A stretch of 64,000 bases of DNA. It comes from Opitutales bacterium. GTDB taxonomy: Bacteria; Verrucomicrobiota; Verrucomicrobiia; Opitutales; PNEW01. The stretch spans positions 160,001 through 224,000 of the forward strand of contig CBDANS010000005.1 of the NCBI GenBank assembly GCA_965197745.1, in the 5' to 3' direction. The notes under the pieces are model-generated. The model was not told the DNA's origin and did not search any database. It saw nothing but the letters and a program-made list of their open reading frames with translations. A program made the translations under genes and the position numbers. Shown here in pieces: positions 21,832 to 32,842 of the stretch (within the stretch, counting starts at the first letter, position 1; every line of letters begins with the position of its first letter).

Positions 21832-22974
21832 ATGGAAACGAATGATAAAGGAGAATTACTTGATATGGATATCCTCGTGGTCGATGACCTGGAGGATAAT
21901 CTCGACTTGATTTTAGCCCTCCTTGAAGAGGATGAATATAACAGTCTTATTACAGCACAAAACGGGCAGGAAGCTCTGGATATCCTCGCGAGTGAGCAGA
22001 ATGTAGATCTTGTTTTGTTAGATATTAATATGCCTGTCCTCAACGGGTATCAGGTCCTTGAGCATATTAAATCGACTGAGCAATTAAGGGCTATCCCGGT
22101 AATTATGGTATCCGCTCTCGATGAAATGGATAGTGTCATTCGATGTATAGAAAACGGCGCGGAAGATTATATAACGAAACCGGTTGATGAAACTTTATTA
22201 AGGGCGCGCGTTCATGCCAGCCTCGAGCGTAAATATTTACGCAATAAAGAAAGAGAACTTTTTCAGCAGTTAGAGATTGAGAAGCAGAAATCTGAATCGG
22301 TTCTTTACCGGGTATTGCCGGAAAGTGTCGCTGAGCGTTTAAAGAAAGACGAAGAAAATATTGCTGAAACGATGGATGAGGTAACCATAGTATTTTCTGA
22401 TATCGTAGGATTTACACGCTTCTCGAGCAATATCAGTCCAGATGAATTGGTTAAGATTTTGAATGAGATTTTTCAATCCTTTGATCAACTCGTCACAGAA
22501 ATGAATCTGGAGAAAGTTAAAACAATAGGGGATGCCTACATGGTCGTGGGGGGCTTACCACCCCATAAAGATAATCATGCGGAAAGGTGTATGCAATTTG
22601 CTATTTCTACTCTCAATGAAATTGATAAATTCAATAAATCACACAACTTAGACCTTAAACTAAGATTAGGTATGAGTACCGGTCCGGTTGTCGCGGGGGT
22701 AATTGGCCACACAAGATTCACTTATGATTTATGGGGCGATACCGTTAACCTTGCCAGCCGTATGGAAACACTTTGTATCCCCGGCATGGTTCAGGTCGTT
22801 GAAACGACCTTTAATAAATTACATGATAAATATCCTTTCGCTCCACGCGGTGAAATTGAAGTAAAAGGAAAAGGCCTGATGAAAACATACTTGTCGGGGA
22901 GGGAATCAATCGATGAGATAGAGAGTCTTATTCTCTCTGAAAAGAATAATACGACATTGCCCAAGACTGATTGA
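21832..22974 (+). CDS. response-regulator-fused class III adenylate/guanylate cyclase
   Basis: REC (LVVDD, LLDINMP) + FSDIVGFT, KTIGDAYM, YDLWGDTVNLASRME. Confidence 0.93.
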   Translation: METNDKGELLDMDILVVDDLEDNLDLILALLEEDEYNSLITAQNGQEALDILASEQNVDLVLLDINMPVLNGYQVLEHIKSTEQLRAIPVIMVSALDEMDSVIRCIENGAEDYITKPVDETLLRARVHASLERKYLRNKERELFQQLEIEKQKSESVLYRVLPESVAERLKKDEENIAETMDEVTIVFSDIVGFTRFSSNISPDELVKILNEIFQSFDQLVTEMNLEKVKTIGDAYMVVGGLPPHKDNHAERCMQFAISTLNEIDKFNKSHNLDLKLRLGMSTGPVVAGVIGHTRFTYDLWGDTVNLASRMETLCIPGMVQVVETTFNKLHDKYPFAPRGEIEVKGKGLMKTYLSGRESIDEIESLILSEKNNTTLPKTD

Positions 22975-23107
22975 TTAAGTCGGAAAAAATCCTTTATCGA
23001 AGACCTGCGATGATTGTGCCTGTCGTTTATGAGAGTATAGCAGGGTCACCCCCGGAGTGAGCTTTTGACTTGTGGGAGTAGATACTTCTTATCTAGGCTG
23101 ACCCACC

Positions 23108-23905
23108 ATGGATCGCATTGCCCACGCATTTGACACAGCGCGCGCGAAAAATAGAGCTTGCTTCGTCGCTTATCTTTGCGCTGGCGATCCAGATTTCAAT
23201 ACCTCGGTTAAAACCTGCCAGGAACTGACAAAAGGAGCTGTAGATGTTTTAGAACTGGCTATGCCTTTTAGCGACCCCCTTGCTGATGGAATTACCAATC
23301 AGCTCGCGGCCCAACGTGCGCTTAATTCGGGCATGACACAGGAAAAAGTTTTCGAGCTGATCAGGGAAGTGAGATCATTCACGGACATACCGATTGTTCT
23401 CTATACCTATTATAATTTAGTCTACTCTCAGGGAACAGAACATTATGTGAACAGGGCCAGGGAAGTAGGCGTGGACGGGCTTCTTACCCTCGACCTGCCA
23501 CCGGAAGAAGCCGGTGATCTTCTCGATGCATGTGGTAAAGTCGAAATGAAGAATATTTTTATTATAGCGCCAACTACCCCGTCTCGACGAATAGAATTGA
23601 TAGCTGAATCTGCAACGGGCTTTATTTACTACGTCTCCCTTGAGGGAGTCACAGGGGTGAGGAGTTCGCTTGCGGCCAACATCAGGGAGGCTATTAAGAA
23701 AATTAAAAAACACACGACCCTGCCGGTTGTCGTGGGGTTTGGTATCTCTACCAAGGATCAAGTCCGGGAAGTGGCTTCCTGCGCAGATGGCGTTGTCGTG
23801 GGCAGCGCTTTAGTCAATTGTGTGGCTGCCCATGCGGACCAGCCTGAAGAAATCCCCGTTCATCTCTCAAATAAACTTTCGGAATTAATAAGAGGTATCG
23901 ATTGA
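23108..23905 (+). CDS. trpA: tryptophan synthase alpha chain
   Basis: PFSDPLADG, YYVSLEGVTG, VGFGIS, DGVVVGSALV. Confidence 0.96.
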   Translation: MDRIAHAFDTARAKNRACFVAYLCAGDPDFNTSVKTCQELTKGAVDVLELAMPFSDPLADGITNQLAAQRALNSGMTQEKVFELIREVRSFTDIPIVLYTYYNLVYSQGTEHYVNRAREVGVDGLLTLDLPPEEAGDLLDACGKVEMKNIFIIAPTTPSRRIELIAESATGFIYYVSLEGVTGVRSSLAANIREAIKKIKKHTTLPVVVGFGISTKDQVREVASCADGVVVGSALVNCVAAHADQPEEIPVHLSNKLSELIRGID

Positions 23906-24016
23906 AATCAGTTTAATGAAGGGGATCGATATATACCCAATGCCGGGTGGGCCTCTGTGAAGTAAAATCCTATTTCCGGAGTTGTCCTCCAGCAGGTTAA
24001 TTTTACAAATATATTC

Positions 24017-24937
24017 ATGGCCGGGACATTGCACTTTATTATAGGCCCCAGTGCTGTTGGCAAAACAGCGCTATCACTTCCATGGGCAGAAGCAAATAAT
24101 GCCGAAATCCTTTCTTGTGATTCGCTGCTCGTTTATCGAGGAATGGATATTGGCACCGCTAAACCATCGGTGGGTGAAAGACAGCGTGTGATCCACCACG
24201 GAATCGATCAAGTCTCGATCAACGCACATTATTCTATAAACGAATACCAGCAAATGGCGCAGAGAGTGATAACTGATATTCACCAGAGAGGAATTAATGC
24301 GCTTATCGTGGGGGGGAGTGGGTTTTATCTTAAGTCATTTTTTGCACCGGTCGTGGACCGACTTAATATCCCCCCACCGCTCAAGCGGCATGTAAATGAT
24401 CTTCATAGGGTAAAGGGTTTAGAGGGGGTTACAAAAGCATTATTAGATTGCAATCCCAAGGGTACCGGTGGCCTTGATCTGGAAAACCCGAGGCGGGTGA
24501 TTAATGCTTTGGAACGTTGCCTCGCGTCAGGAAAAACAGTGGCGCAGCTTAGTTCAGAATTCGAAGAACTTCACCCACCATTTGAATCATTCGATAAAAA
24601 AGTGTGTATCATAAACCGTGATCGTGATGATCTCTTTCAGCGCGTGCGATTACGCGTTAAAAAGATGATCGAAGAAGGTCTCGTTAGTGAAGTGAGTCAT
24701 CTCCTTACCCAGGGTATCGAAAAGAATCCGAGCGCATCTTCAGCTATCGGTTATCGTGAAACAATTAATTATCTTAAAGATAACGGGGAGATCACAAAAC
24801 TGGAGGCTGCGATAACAGAAAACACGCAGAGGTTAATTAAAAAGCAATTAACATGGTTCCAAAAGCAAATACCCATAAATTGTGAATTACACCTTCAACG
24901 GGATGAAATCGGGAATCCTGACGATCTTTTCAAATAG
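24017..24937 (+). CDS. miaA: tRNA dimethylallyltransferase
   Basis: GPSAVGKT, DSLLVYRGMDIGTAKP, VGGSGFY, AIGY, KKQLTW. Confidence 0.95.
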   Translation: MAGTLHFIIGPSAVGKTALSLPWAEANNAEILSCDSLLVYRGMDIGTAKPSVGERQRVIHHGIDQVSINAHYSINEYQQMAQRVITDIHQRGINALIVGGSGFYLKSFFAPVVDRLNIPPPLKRHVNDLHRVKGLEGVTKALLDCNPKGTGGLDLENPRRVINALERCLASGKTVAQLSSEFEELHPPFESFDKKVCIINRDRDDLFQRVRLRVKKMIEEGLVSEVSHLLTQGIEKNPSASSAIGYRETINYLKDNGEITKLEAAITENTQRLIKKQLTWFQKQIPINCELHLQRDEIGNPDDLFK

Positions 24938-24975
24938 ATTTATTCGTGTAAAATATCGGCTAAACAGACAGTCTT

Positions 24976-26613
24976 CTATAAAGCCTGGGATTTTTCCAAC
25001 TCATTTGATCTTATTTCAAATATCAATGATTGTCCGTTGTAGAAATTAGTGGCGCTTACGATCTGTTCAATGGTCGTATTCAGATTGGTCAATTCATTAT
25101 TTGCCTCGGGATTTTTTTTGGCCTGGAGGCTGACAAACACCCCTTTCTCATCAAGGAAGACCATGGGTGAAATTTCGCCTGGTGAGAGATTCTCAATCTG
25201 GCTGAATAGTGAAATATTAAATCCTTCCGGTGGCTCCCGCCGGGTAAAATTTTCAAAAATATCTATACTAAGTCCTTGTTCTTCAGCTATATCTGAAAAT
25301 AATCGCCCTTTGAGTAAGGCGTCGCTGAAGACCGTATTCAGAGTCTTACCATTTTCCATAAACATCCGCTTCCGTTCCGTTTCCTCGTAGCTATCAAGAA
25401 CTGATTCGCGGACCTCTTCAAAAGTTGGAATGTACGCATCTATATATTTTTCAAAGATTAGAACGGCAGTTCCGTCCGAGGTTTTTATAATATCAGAAAA
25501 ATAACGATTCTCATCTAGGCTGAAGGCATTGATTAAGGCTTGTCGGGGAATCTTGGTGTCAGTCGGCGGTTCAGATTTTGCATAAAGCTTGAGATCAGCT
25601 TTAAACCCTTTTTTCGATTTAACCAGCTCATTAAAAAGATCAGAATATCGCTCAATTTTGTCGCGATAGAGGCGAAAGGTGAATTCATCCGCCGATTCGG
25701 CAGTCATGCGCCCAGCTATTTCCTGTAAGTAAGCTTCTCTGACTTTATCTTTAACATCTAAATAGGTTAATTCTTTATCATTACCCTCATCATTTTTTTC
25801 TTCGTTATTATTGAATCGCCATTTTTGACGGTCATAAAAAGATTCGAGTTCACTCTCTTCAGGCGATTCAACCTCATCAAGAAAATTGCTCAGGGAAAAT
25901 ATTATGGGTGATACTTTAATTCTACGGGGCACTTCATATCGGAATTTACTTTTCTCGTAGAAATCTTTCAGCTTTCCCTCATCGATTAAGATGAATGGTT
26001 TATAGCTTGCGTAGTTAAGGGTGGCTACGTTGACAGTCCACAGAGTATTTAACAGCTCGATATGTTTTAAGGCTTCAAATGGCTGAATGTATCCTGGACC
26101 AATAATGGCCTCTTGAACTTTATCAATGCGGTAATCTTCCGCTAAAATCTGGGCTACACGCTCTTCGGAAAACCCTGAATCAGCTTGAACAACATTTTTG
26201 AAAATCAAATAAATCTCTTCATTGAATTTTCCATTTTCATCCATAAATGAGCGCCGTGAAGTAAGGTATTCACGTACTTGTTTCTCGTTGGGCCCTGGCA
26301 CGCTGAGATCATCAGCAAGAGCGAGAAATGCGATTCGATTGAAAGCAAGATCCTCAATCATTTCTTTCTTGTAGGGGCGTCGTCCGGACTGTATCCAGGC
26401 GCTTATTTCAGCACCTCGGTAGATCTTCTGCATATCCACTTCTGAGGCCAGGTTATAACCAAAATAATCCAATTCGCGAACGGACATCCCGCTCTTCAAT
26501 CCGCTTCGACCTGGAGTAACCGTAAAGACAAAAGCCACGATGACAGGGGCCAGGAGAAGAAGAAACATCCATTTACCGTATTTTCGGGTAATAGATTGTA
26601 GCCAGGTAAACAT
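24976..26613 (-). CDS. PpiD/SurA-like membrane-anchored periplasmic chaperone
   Basis: Likely start MFTWLQ at 26613 followed by one TM; F-D-NGKFN-E-Y, GEISP motifs. Confidence 0.7.
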   Translation of the reverse strand: MFTWLQSITRKYGKWMFLLLLAPVIVAFVFTVTPGRSGLKSGMSVRELDYFGYNLASEVDMQKIYRGAEISAWIQSGRRPYKKEMIEDLAFNRIAFLALADDLSVPGPNEKQVREYLTSRRSFMDENGKFNEEIYLIFKNVVQADSGFSEERVAQILAEDYRIDKVQEAIIGPGYIQPFEALKHIELLNTLWTVNVATLNYASYKPFILIDEGKLKDFYEKSKFRYEVPRRIKVSPIIFSLSNFLDEVESPEESELESFYDRQKWRFNNNEEKNDEGNDKELTYLDVKDKVREAYLQEIAGRMTAESADEFTFRLYRDKIERYSDLFNELVKSKKGFKADLKLYAKSEPPTDTKIPRQALINAFSLDENRYFSDIIKTSDGTAVLIFEKYIDAYIPTFEEVRESVLDSYEETERKRMFMENGKTLNTVFSDALLKGRLFSDIAEEQGLSIDIFENFTRREPPEGFNISLFSQIENLSPGEISPMVFLDEKGVFVSLQAKKNPEANNELTNLNTTIEQIVSATNFYNGQSLIFEIRSNELEKSQAL

Positions 26614-26729
26614 TAAGTAGGATAAATTAAAACGCTCAAAAGTATGGTTATATACATCGCTGTCAATAGACTTGTGTGATTCGCCTGGAGTAAAGCTCTG
26701 ACGGGTGCTATACCATCGCCGTATTTTAG

Positions 26730-26993
26730 TCAGAAAAGATTTATAGCTTGTATGCTTTCGATGACAATCCAAAATCCAACGCCAATGACAATAATGACAA
26801 TACTGAATAAAATGAAACGGCGGCGGCGATAAGGCGTTTCGTATTTACCTAAATTTTTATCCCAAAACCGCGATGATTGTAAATGACCCAAAAAGCCTGG
26901 ACCAAACAATGGCTTGTAAAGTCGCTTATCAATCCTGTAAGTGTCCGCTTTTTGCGAACGTTTGAATCTCCATTTAAAATACCACTTTATCAT
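26730..26993 (-). CDS. small basic hypothetical protein with C-terminal TM helix
   Basis: 87-aa ORF, RRRR followed by hydrophobic stretch; same strand as and upstream of the PpiD-like gene. Confidence 0.55.
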   Translation of the reverse strand: MIKWYFKWRFKRSQKADTYRIDKRLYKPLFGPGFLGHLQSSRFWDKNLGKYETPYRRRRFILFSIVIIVIGVGFWIVIESIQAINLF

Positions 26994-27186
26994 TGCGTGT
27001 GATTGTCGTTAACCAATTTTCACTTAATGTAATGACCGACCTCAAACGCGATTGGTAACATCAGACTAAATTCATTTGGCGTTTTGGCAAGTTTTGAATT
27101 GAGTTGTCGCTATAGATATTTTTTATAGGAGATAATTAAATAAGGTTATAGCATGGTGCTGGATAGAGGTCCTATCCTTATTAGAC

Positions 27187-27960
27187 ATGAAAGTTACCAC
27201 TCAATATATCCGCAAACTTAAGGGTGAACGTCCGATCGTTGCCCTTACTGCTTATGATAATATCAGTGCCAGGATCCTTGACCGTTCTGGTGTCGACCTC
27301 ATTCTGGTCGGTGACACTGTGGGGATCAGTCTTCTCGGGTTTGAATCCACTGTCCCTGTGACTTTTGATATGATTTTACATCATGCGGCAGCCGTTATGC
27401 GTGCGCGTCCTAATGCCCTTGTCATCGCTGATATGCCCTTTCCAGAAGCCCATCGAAGCATGGACCTACTCCTCGAATCCTGTCGGCGCCTGATGCAGGA
27501 AGCGGGGGTCGAAGGCGTAAAGCTTGAAGGCGGGAAAAACATTGCTTCTAAGGTCTCCAAGTTAGTCGATGCCGGTATTCCCGTTCTGGGCCACATTGGT
27601 GTCCTCCCTCAGCGCATACACCAGCTGGGAAGCTATTATAAAGTGGGGAAAACACCCAAGCGCAGAAAACAACTGATCGACGATGCCAAGGCCTTGGAAG
27701 AAGCGGGAGTCTTTGCCATCGTGGGGGAAGATATAGACGAAGCACTGAGTAAAGAGCTGACTGCGATATTAAGGGTTCCATTTATTGGCATAGGCAGCGG
27801 ACCACACTGTGATGGACAGATTTTGGTGTCGACTGATCTTCTTGGACTGACCCCGGGGGAGATTCCTCCATTTATCAAACCCTATGTCAATCTAACCAAG
27901 GCTACGATGAAGGCGGTCAAAGCCTGGGCCGAAGATGTTCGCCAGAAAAAATATCCGTGA
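27187..27960 (+). CDS. panB: 3-methyl-2-oxobutanoate hydroxymethyltransferase
   Basis: LTAYD, ILVGD, ADMPF, VKLEGG, GHIG, GIGSG--CDGQILV. Confidence 0.96.
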   Translation: MKVTTQYIRKLKGERPIVALTAYDNISARILDRSGVDLILVGDTVGISLLGFESTVPVTFDMILHHAAAVMRARPNALVIADMPFPEAHRSMDLLLESCRRLMQEAGVEGVKLEGGKNIASKVSKLVDAGIPVLGHIGVLPQRIHQLGSYYKVGKTPKRRKQLIDDAKALEEAGVFAIVGEDIDEALSKELTAILRVPFIGIGSGPHCDGQILVSTDLLGLTPGEIPPFIKPYVNLTKATMKAVKAWAEDVRQKKYP

Positions 27961-28964
27961 TGAATTTTTGCATTCTGGGAGCAGGCGCATGGGGAACGGC
28001 AATGGCAATCCATTTAGCGCGTTTTGATCACACTGTAACCTTGGTGTCACGGCGAGTTGAACAGGCAACAGAGATCGCGACTTCGAGGAAAAATAAAATA
28101 TATCTGCCCGGATATAAACTTGATTTCAACATTCAAGTAGGCTGTGAAATTAAACCTGCCCTGATGGAAGCGGATGCAGTGATTCTTGCCTGTCCATCGA
28201 AATATTTGCGGGGGGTCTGCAAGCAGGTGGGAGAACATATTGATCAGGCCCTACAACTTAAAATGTTCATTGCTTTAAGTAAAGGTCTCGAAGAAGGAAC
28301 TAACAATACCCCATTAGAAATTGTAGCAGAAATCTTCCCTCAATTCGCAAACGGTGTTCTTTGTGGTCCCAACTACGCGGCGGAAGTCGCGGCGGGTAAA
28401 CCGACCGCCATTGTTTTCGCCACGGCCAGTAACAACGATCTGACGAGAGCAATACAGCAAGCCATAAGCAATGAAAATCTCCGTGTCTACACTTCCCCGG
28501 ATGTGACCGGAGTAGAGTTGGGGGCCTGTTTGAAAAATGTCTATGCCATCGCTGTTGGAATCTGTGATGGCCTCCACCTGGGAGATAATGCAAAGGCCGC
28601 GCTTATTACCAGGGCTCTATCAGAAATGGTTCGCGTGGGCACATCACTGGGCGGCCGTAAAGAGACTTTTTACGGACTGAGTGGAGTAGGTGATCTCGTT
28701 GCAACTTGCAATGGTTTGTGGAGCCGAAACCGATCTTTTGGGGAAATTCTCGCGAAAGGTGAAACAATAGGCTCTCTCCTTGACAAGAAGATTGCGACTG
28801 TAGAAGGTTACTCCTCGACACAATGCTTTTATAAGATATGTAAAAAGAATGGGGTAGAAGCGCCTATCCTGGAAGAAGTTTACGAGGTGCTTTATAATGG
28901 AAAAGAAGCTGAAACAGCTTTATTTAACCTTATGACGCGTGAGCTGAAAGCCGAATCAATATGA
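27960..28964 (+). CDS. gpsA: NAD(P)H-dependent glycerol-3-phosphate dehydrogenase
   Basis: GAGAWGTA, SKGLE, GPNYA, LKNVYAI, GDLVATC, SRNR. Confidence 0.95.
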   Translation: MNFCILGAGAWGTAMAIHLARFDHTVTLVSRRVEQATEIATSRKNKIYLPGYKLDFNIQVGCEIKPALMEADAVILACPSKYLRGVCKQVGEHIDQALQLKMFIALSKGLEEGTNNTPLEIVAEIFPQFANGVLCGPNYAAEVAAGKPTAIVFATASNNDLTRAIQQAISNENLRVYTSPDVTGVELGACLKNVYAIAVGICDGLHLGDNAKAALITRALSEMVRVGTSLGGRKETFYGLSGVGDLVATCNGLWSRNRSFGEILAKGETIGSLLDKKIATVEGYSSTQCFYKICKKNGVEAPILEEVYEVLYNGKEAETALFNLMTRELKAESI

Positions 28965-29015
28965 ATTGTTTAGAGGCTTCCCGATGACTCTTTTAAAGGT
29001 TTATTTATATTCGCG

Positions 29016-30359
29016 TCATAATTCAGTCTTCTTTTCAGGCTGCTTCAATTGCGTTCCCATAAAAATGGGAAAGATGAGAAGCACTGCACCTGTGAGGTAA
29101 GTCGTTTTTGATCCCAGGTACCAGTAGAGAAATGCAAAGAAAAGCGGGCCTAAAGCCCGGGCCAGCGATCCCGCCGAGCGGAATGATCCAATATCACGTC
29201 CCTGGTCTGACTTGGTTGAATAAAGTGATGCTAGTGACGTTAGCGTAGGGGTTGTAAATCCAACGGACAAGCCCAGTAAACCGAGTCCAAAGTAGAAGAG
29301 TTGCCAGTGGGGTGAATGAGCCAGGCATACAAAAGCGAATATTCCGAATAGCATTCCGCAAATCGTAAGTGATTTTTCACCAATCACGGGAATAATCTGA
29401 CGGATGAGCCCACCTTGAACCGCAATAAGGATAAAACCTATAAAAAGGAATAATTTAGTGTTGTCCGCGGGACTATAATTGAGACGTTCGAGGGCAAGAA
29501 AAGTTATCGTAAATTCCAACCCACTGAATGCTATAATAAAGATGAAATAGATAAAGGACACCAATCTTACACTTCCATTATTAACGGAAAACAGGGCACT
29601 TAATCTTCGTGAGGATTGCCCTGTTTTTACACTGGGGTTTTTATATGCTTGAGGAAGTGTTTCCGGCAGCTTGGCGATGACCCAGAAAAGATTAAACAAG
29701 GCGAGTACGAACGCGAATAATGCGGGTATAGAGAATGGATTTATCCCGGTTGCGAGGAGACGGGGGTATATTGCCGTCAAATCGATGAGGGAGGACAAGC
29801 CGCCGATGGCAGGTCCAATAATAAAACCTACTCCAAATGCAACACCGACGAGTGCCATCCCTTTGGAACGATTTTCTTCACTTGTGATGTCGGCGACGGC
29901 GGCGGTGGCCACGGCCAGATTTCCACCCATGACTCCTCCAATGATACGCGATAAAAGCAGGAGGGTGAAAGAATCTGCGAATACCCATAGCAAATAGCCT
30001 AAGGTGGTTCCAGCAATGGTAAAGATAAGGATTGGCCGACGACCATAACGATCAGATAACTGCCCTAGTATCGGTGAAAAGATAAACTGGAGGATTGAAT
30101 ATAAAGAACCAAGAATTCCCCCAAAGAGGACGGTTGTTAAAAACTTCGTGTCCCCGCTGCCGCTGATCGAAAGATCTTTCATCACGGAGACCAAATAGCC
30201 GACAATAGAGTCTGGCCCTTCTCTCGTTAAATAATAATCAAGCATCGCCGGAAAAAGAGGAAAGATTATAGAGAATCCAACCAGATCCATAAAAATTGTG
30301 AGAAAAATGATTCTCAGATTTTTATTCCCTGTGCGGGTACTGTTAGTTTCTACTGACAT
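29016..30359 (-). CDS. MFS transporter (TetA/DHA1-like)
   Basis: GQLSDRYGRRP motif A, GFIIGPAIGG motif C, about 12 TMs. Confidence 0.9.
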   Translation of the reverse strand: MSVETNSTRTGNKNLRIIFLTIFMDLVGFSIIFPLFPAMLDYYLTREGPDSIVGYLVSVMKDLSISGSGDTKFLTTVLFGGILGSLYSILQFIFSPILGQLSDRYGRRPILIFTIAGTTLGYLLWVFADSFTLLLLSRIIGGVMGGNLAVATAAVADITSEENRSKGMALVGVAFGVGFIIGPAIGGLSSLIDLTAIYPRLLATGINPFSIPALFAFVLALFNLFWVIAKLPETLPQAYKNPSVKTGQSSRRLSALFSVNNGSVRLVSFIYFIFIIAFSGLEFTITFLALERLNYSPADNTKLFLFIGFILIAVQGGLIRQIIPVIGEKSLTICGMLFGIFAFVCLAHSPHWQLFYFGLGLLGLSVGFTTPTLTSLASLYSTKSDQGRDIGSFRSAGSLARALGPLFFAFLYWYLGSKTTYLTGAVLLIFPIFMGTQLKQPEKKTEL

Positions 30360-30467
30360 TCAGATAGCTTTATGGTGAGCGTGTATAATAACTGGCAAGC
30401 TGCTGTAATTTAAAGCATGCGATAACGATAACCCCGCCGAGACTTGTGGGCCGAGATCGTTTGATTT

Positions 30468-30947
30468 TTAAGAATTGAAACGTTCCTTGAGAGATTGCGA
30501 AACGTTTGCAGGGACAAGTTTTGTGATATCACCCCCAAAGCGAGAAACTTGCTTTATCAGTTTAGAACTGGTGAAAATATATTCCTGTCGCGGCATGAGA
30601 AAAATTGTTTCTATCTCTTCATCGAGGTGGCGGTTCATTTGCGTTAATTGAAACTCAAATTCAAAATCGGCAACAGCCCTTAAACCGCGAACAATGGTCT
30701 TAGCCTCCATCTCTTTAGCATAGTCAACCAGTAATCCAGGAAGGGGACACACCACTACGTTATTTTTATGAGACAAATTATCACGAACCAATTGGATGCG
30801 TTCCTCTAATGAAAAAAGCGGTTCTTTTTCATAGTTAGAGGCAACGGCAATAATGAGCTTATCAAAAATTCTACCTGCCCGTTCAGCAATATCGAGATGG
30901 CCATTAGTAACGGGATCAAAAGTGCCTGGGTATATCGCGGTTTTCAT
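30468..30947 (-). CDS. coaD: pantetheine-phosphate adenylyltransferase
   Basis: YPGTFDPVTNGHLD, RGLRAVADFEFE. Confidence 0.97.
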   Translation of the reverse strand: MKTAIYPGTFDPVTNGHLDIAERAGRIFDKLIIAVASNYEKEPLFSLEERIQLVRDNLSHKNNVVVCPLPGLLVDYAKEMEAKTIVRGLRAVADFEFEFQLTQMNRHLDEEIETIFLMPRQEYIFTSSKLIKQVSRFGGDITKLVPANVSQSLKERFNS

Positions 30948-31062
30948 TTAAGTTTGCCCCATGAATAAATTAACTAGTAATATTTGCGAGTTAAAATATT
31001 AATCTAATTAGTTAATTCTTTGTAAGATATTCGTGGCATTTGCAATTACGCAGCAATAGAGG

Positions 31063-31659
31063 ATGAAGTTGCCAACCATATTGACCCTTTCACGTGTGCC
31101 CCTCCTCTTTATTATAGTCGTATTACTTTTCCTCAACTTTCCCGGTAAATCCACCCTCGCATTTATCCTATTTATTTTTGCCGGATTAACGGATTGGTTA
31201 GATGGTTATCTGGCCCGTAAACTGAATCAAGTCACCAATTTGGGAAAACTGATGGATGCTTTAGCGGATAAAATAATAATGCTGGGTATGTTCATCGCTC
31301 TGCTTGCTCTGGACATCCTGCCTGATTGGACAATTATACTGGTTCTCCTTATTGTCTCTCGTGAACTTCTCGTCACGGGTATGAGAATGGTAGCGGCAAG
31401 TGATGGCGTTGTCTTAGCTGCTGAAATATCGGGTAAACACAAGACCGTGGTCCAGATTATCAGCATCGCCGTTCTCCTTTTTTCTTTAGTTATTCGAAAC
31501 GACATAAGCTTATGGTTGGATAAAGATTTTATCATCCTCTCAACTTATTGTCATACCCTGGGGGTGATTTTATTCGTCTTGTCAGCAGTCCTTACCCTCT
31601 ATTCAGGAATCGTCTATATGATAAAATATGGGGCTCTTTTTTCTGGATCTTCTAATTGA
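31063..31659 (+). CDS. pgsA: CDP-diacylglycerol--glycerol-3-phosphate 3-phosphatidyltransferase
   Basis: TDWLDGYLARK...TNLGKLMDALADK, SRE, GKHKT. Confidence 0.93.
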   Translation: MKLPTILTLSRVPLLFIIVVLLFLNFPGKSTLAFILFIFAGLTDWLDGYLARKLNQVTNLGKLMDALADKIIMLGMFIALLALDILPDWTIILVLLIVSRELLVTGMRMVAASDGVVLAAEISGKHKTVVQIISIAVLLFSLVIRNDISLWLDKDFIILSTYCHTLGVILFVLSAVLTLYSGIVYMIKYGALFSGSSN

Positions 31660-31662
31660 TAA

Positions 31663-32187
31663 ATGAAGCAACGGTTAACCTGGACTCGCATGCTCCCATC
31701 GCATGTAATAAAGAATCTTGCTACCCTGGGTCCTCTTGGTTACTGGGGTAAAGCTCCAGGGACTGTAGGATCCATTGCAGGAGTTCTCTGGTTTACGGTT
31801 TTATTCTTACCCCTGACTCTCTTTGGGTTTTTGATCGCCTTTATCTTTACTGCATATTTAGCGACGGAAATTTGCGGTGAAGCTGAAGAGCGAATGTTTA
31901 AGGACGATCCCCGTGAAATTATTCTCGACGAATTCGTCGCCATGCCACTGTGTTATCTTGGACTGCAACCCTATATGTATATGCACAGGGAGTTCTTATG
32001 GCTTTATATCATTGCAGGATTTGTCCTATTCCGGTTTTTTGATATCATTAAACCTATAGGGATAAAAAAACTTCAAAAATTACCAGGAGGCATAGGGGTA
32101 GTTTTCGATGATCTGGGAGCAGCGATAGCTACCTGCATCACCCTTCATTTGTGTTTATGGGGTTTGAAGGGTTATGGATTTATTTAA
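31663..32187 (+). CDS. pgpA: phosphatidylglycerophosphatase A
   Basis: [34 protein letters not shown]. Confidence 0.93.
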   Translation: MKQRLTWTRMLPSHVIKNLATLGPLGYWGKAPGTVGSIAGVLWFTVLFLPLTLFGFLIAFIFTAYLATEICGEAEERMFKDDPREIILDEFVAMPLCYLGLQPYMYMHREFLWLYIIAGFVLFRFFDIIKPIGIKKLQKLPGGIGVVFDDLGAAIATCITLHLCLWGLKGYGFI

Positions 32188-32651
32188 TTCGACTCCCTAA
32201 ATCCCTTAATTTCTTTGGCCCCTCCCGCTAAATAACGCAGAGCACACACATATCCATAAAATCCTAATCCTGAAATAATACCTTTTGCTATCGGTGCGGT
32301 ATAGGACAGGTGGCGGAATTCTTCACGCTCATAGATATTGGAAATGTGTACTTCAACGGCGGGTAAATCACTGCCCGCCAGGGCATCTCGCAATGCTACA
32401 CTGGTATGGGTTAAGCCCCCATGGTTGAAGACGACCCCATCAATTTTTGCATCTGCTAATTGCGCATATTTTTCAATTAACTCCCCTTCGTGATTGGAGT
32501 GGAAAAAAATTAGTTCAACTCCTAAAGCATCACCTTCTTTCTTTAAATAAGATTCCAGGTCGGTTAGGGTCTCACCTCCGTAAATTTCCGGTTGGCGAGT
32601 ACCTAATCGATCTAAATTGGGTCCGTTAATGATGGCGTATTTTTTCATCAA
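32184..32651 (-). CDS. aroQ: type II 3-dehydroquinate dehydratase
   Basis: [38 protein letters not shown]...REEFRH. Confidence 0.96.
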   Translation of the reverse strand: MMKKYAIINGPNLDRLGTRQPEIYGGETLTDLESYLKKEGDALGVELIFFHSNHEGELIEKYAQLADAKIDGVVFNHGGLTHTSVALRDALAGSDLPAVEVHISNIYEREEFRHLSYTAPIAKGIISGLGFYGYVCALRYLAGGAKEIKGFRESN

Positions 32652-32842
32652 AAATATTATTAGTTAAAATGCTTATATTTGAATTTACATATTTAATTAT
32701 ATGTCAGTTTATTCATTGAATATCTGACATTATCAAGCATGGGTACAAATTAATTAGCAAAAAAATTTATTTACTCAAGGACATTGCTCGTGAATACAGC
32801 ACGTTTTACTCCTTCTGACCGGTTTATATATAAAAAAGGACC

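Noticed and set aside
26614..26772. N-terminal 53-aa extension of the PpiD-like ORF
   Set aside because: It overlaps the upstream gene and precedes the natural MFTWLQ + TM start.
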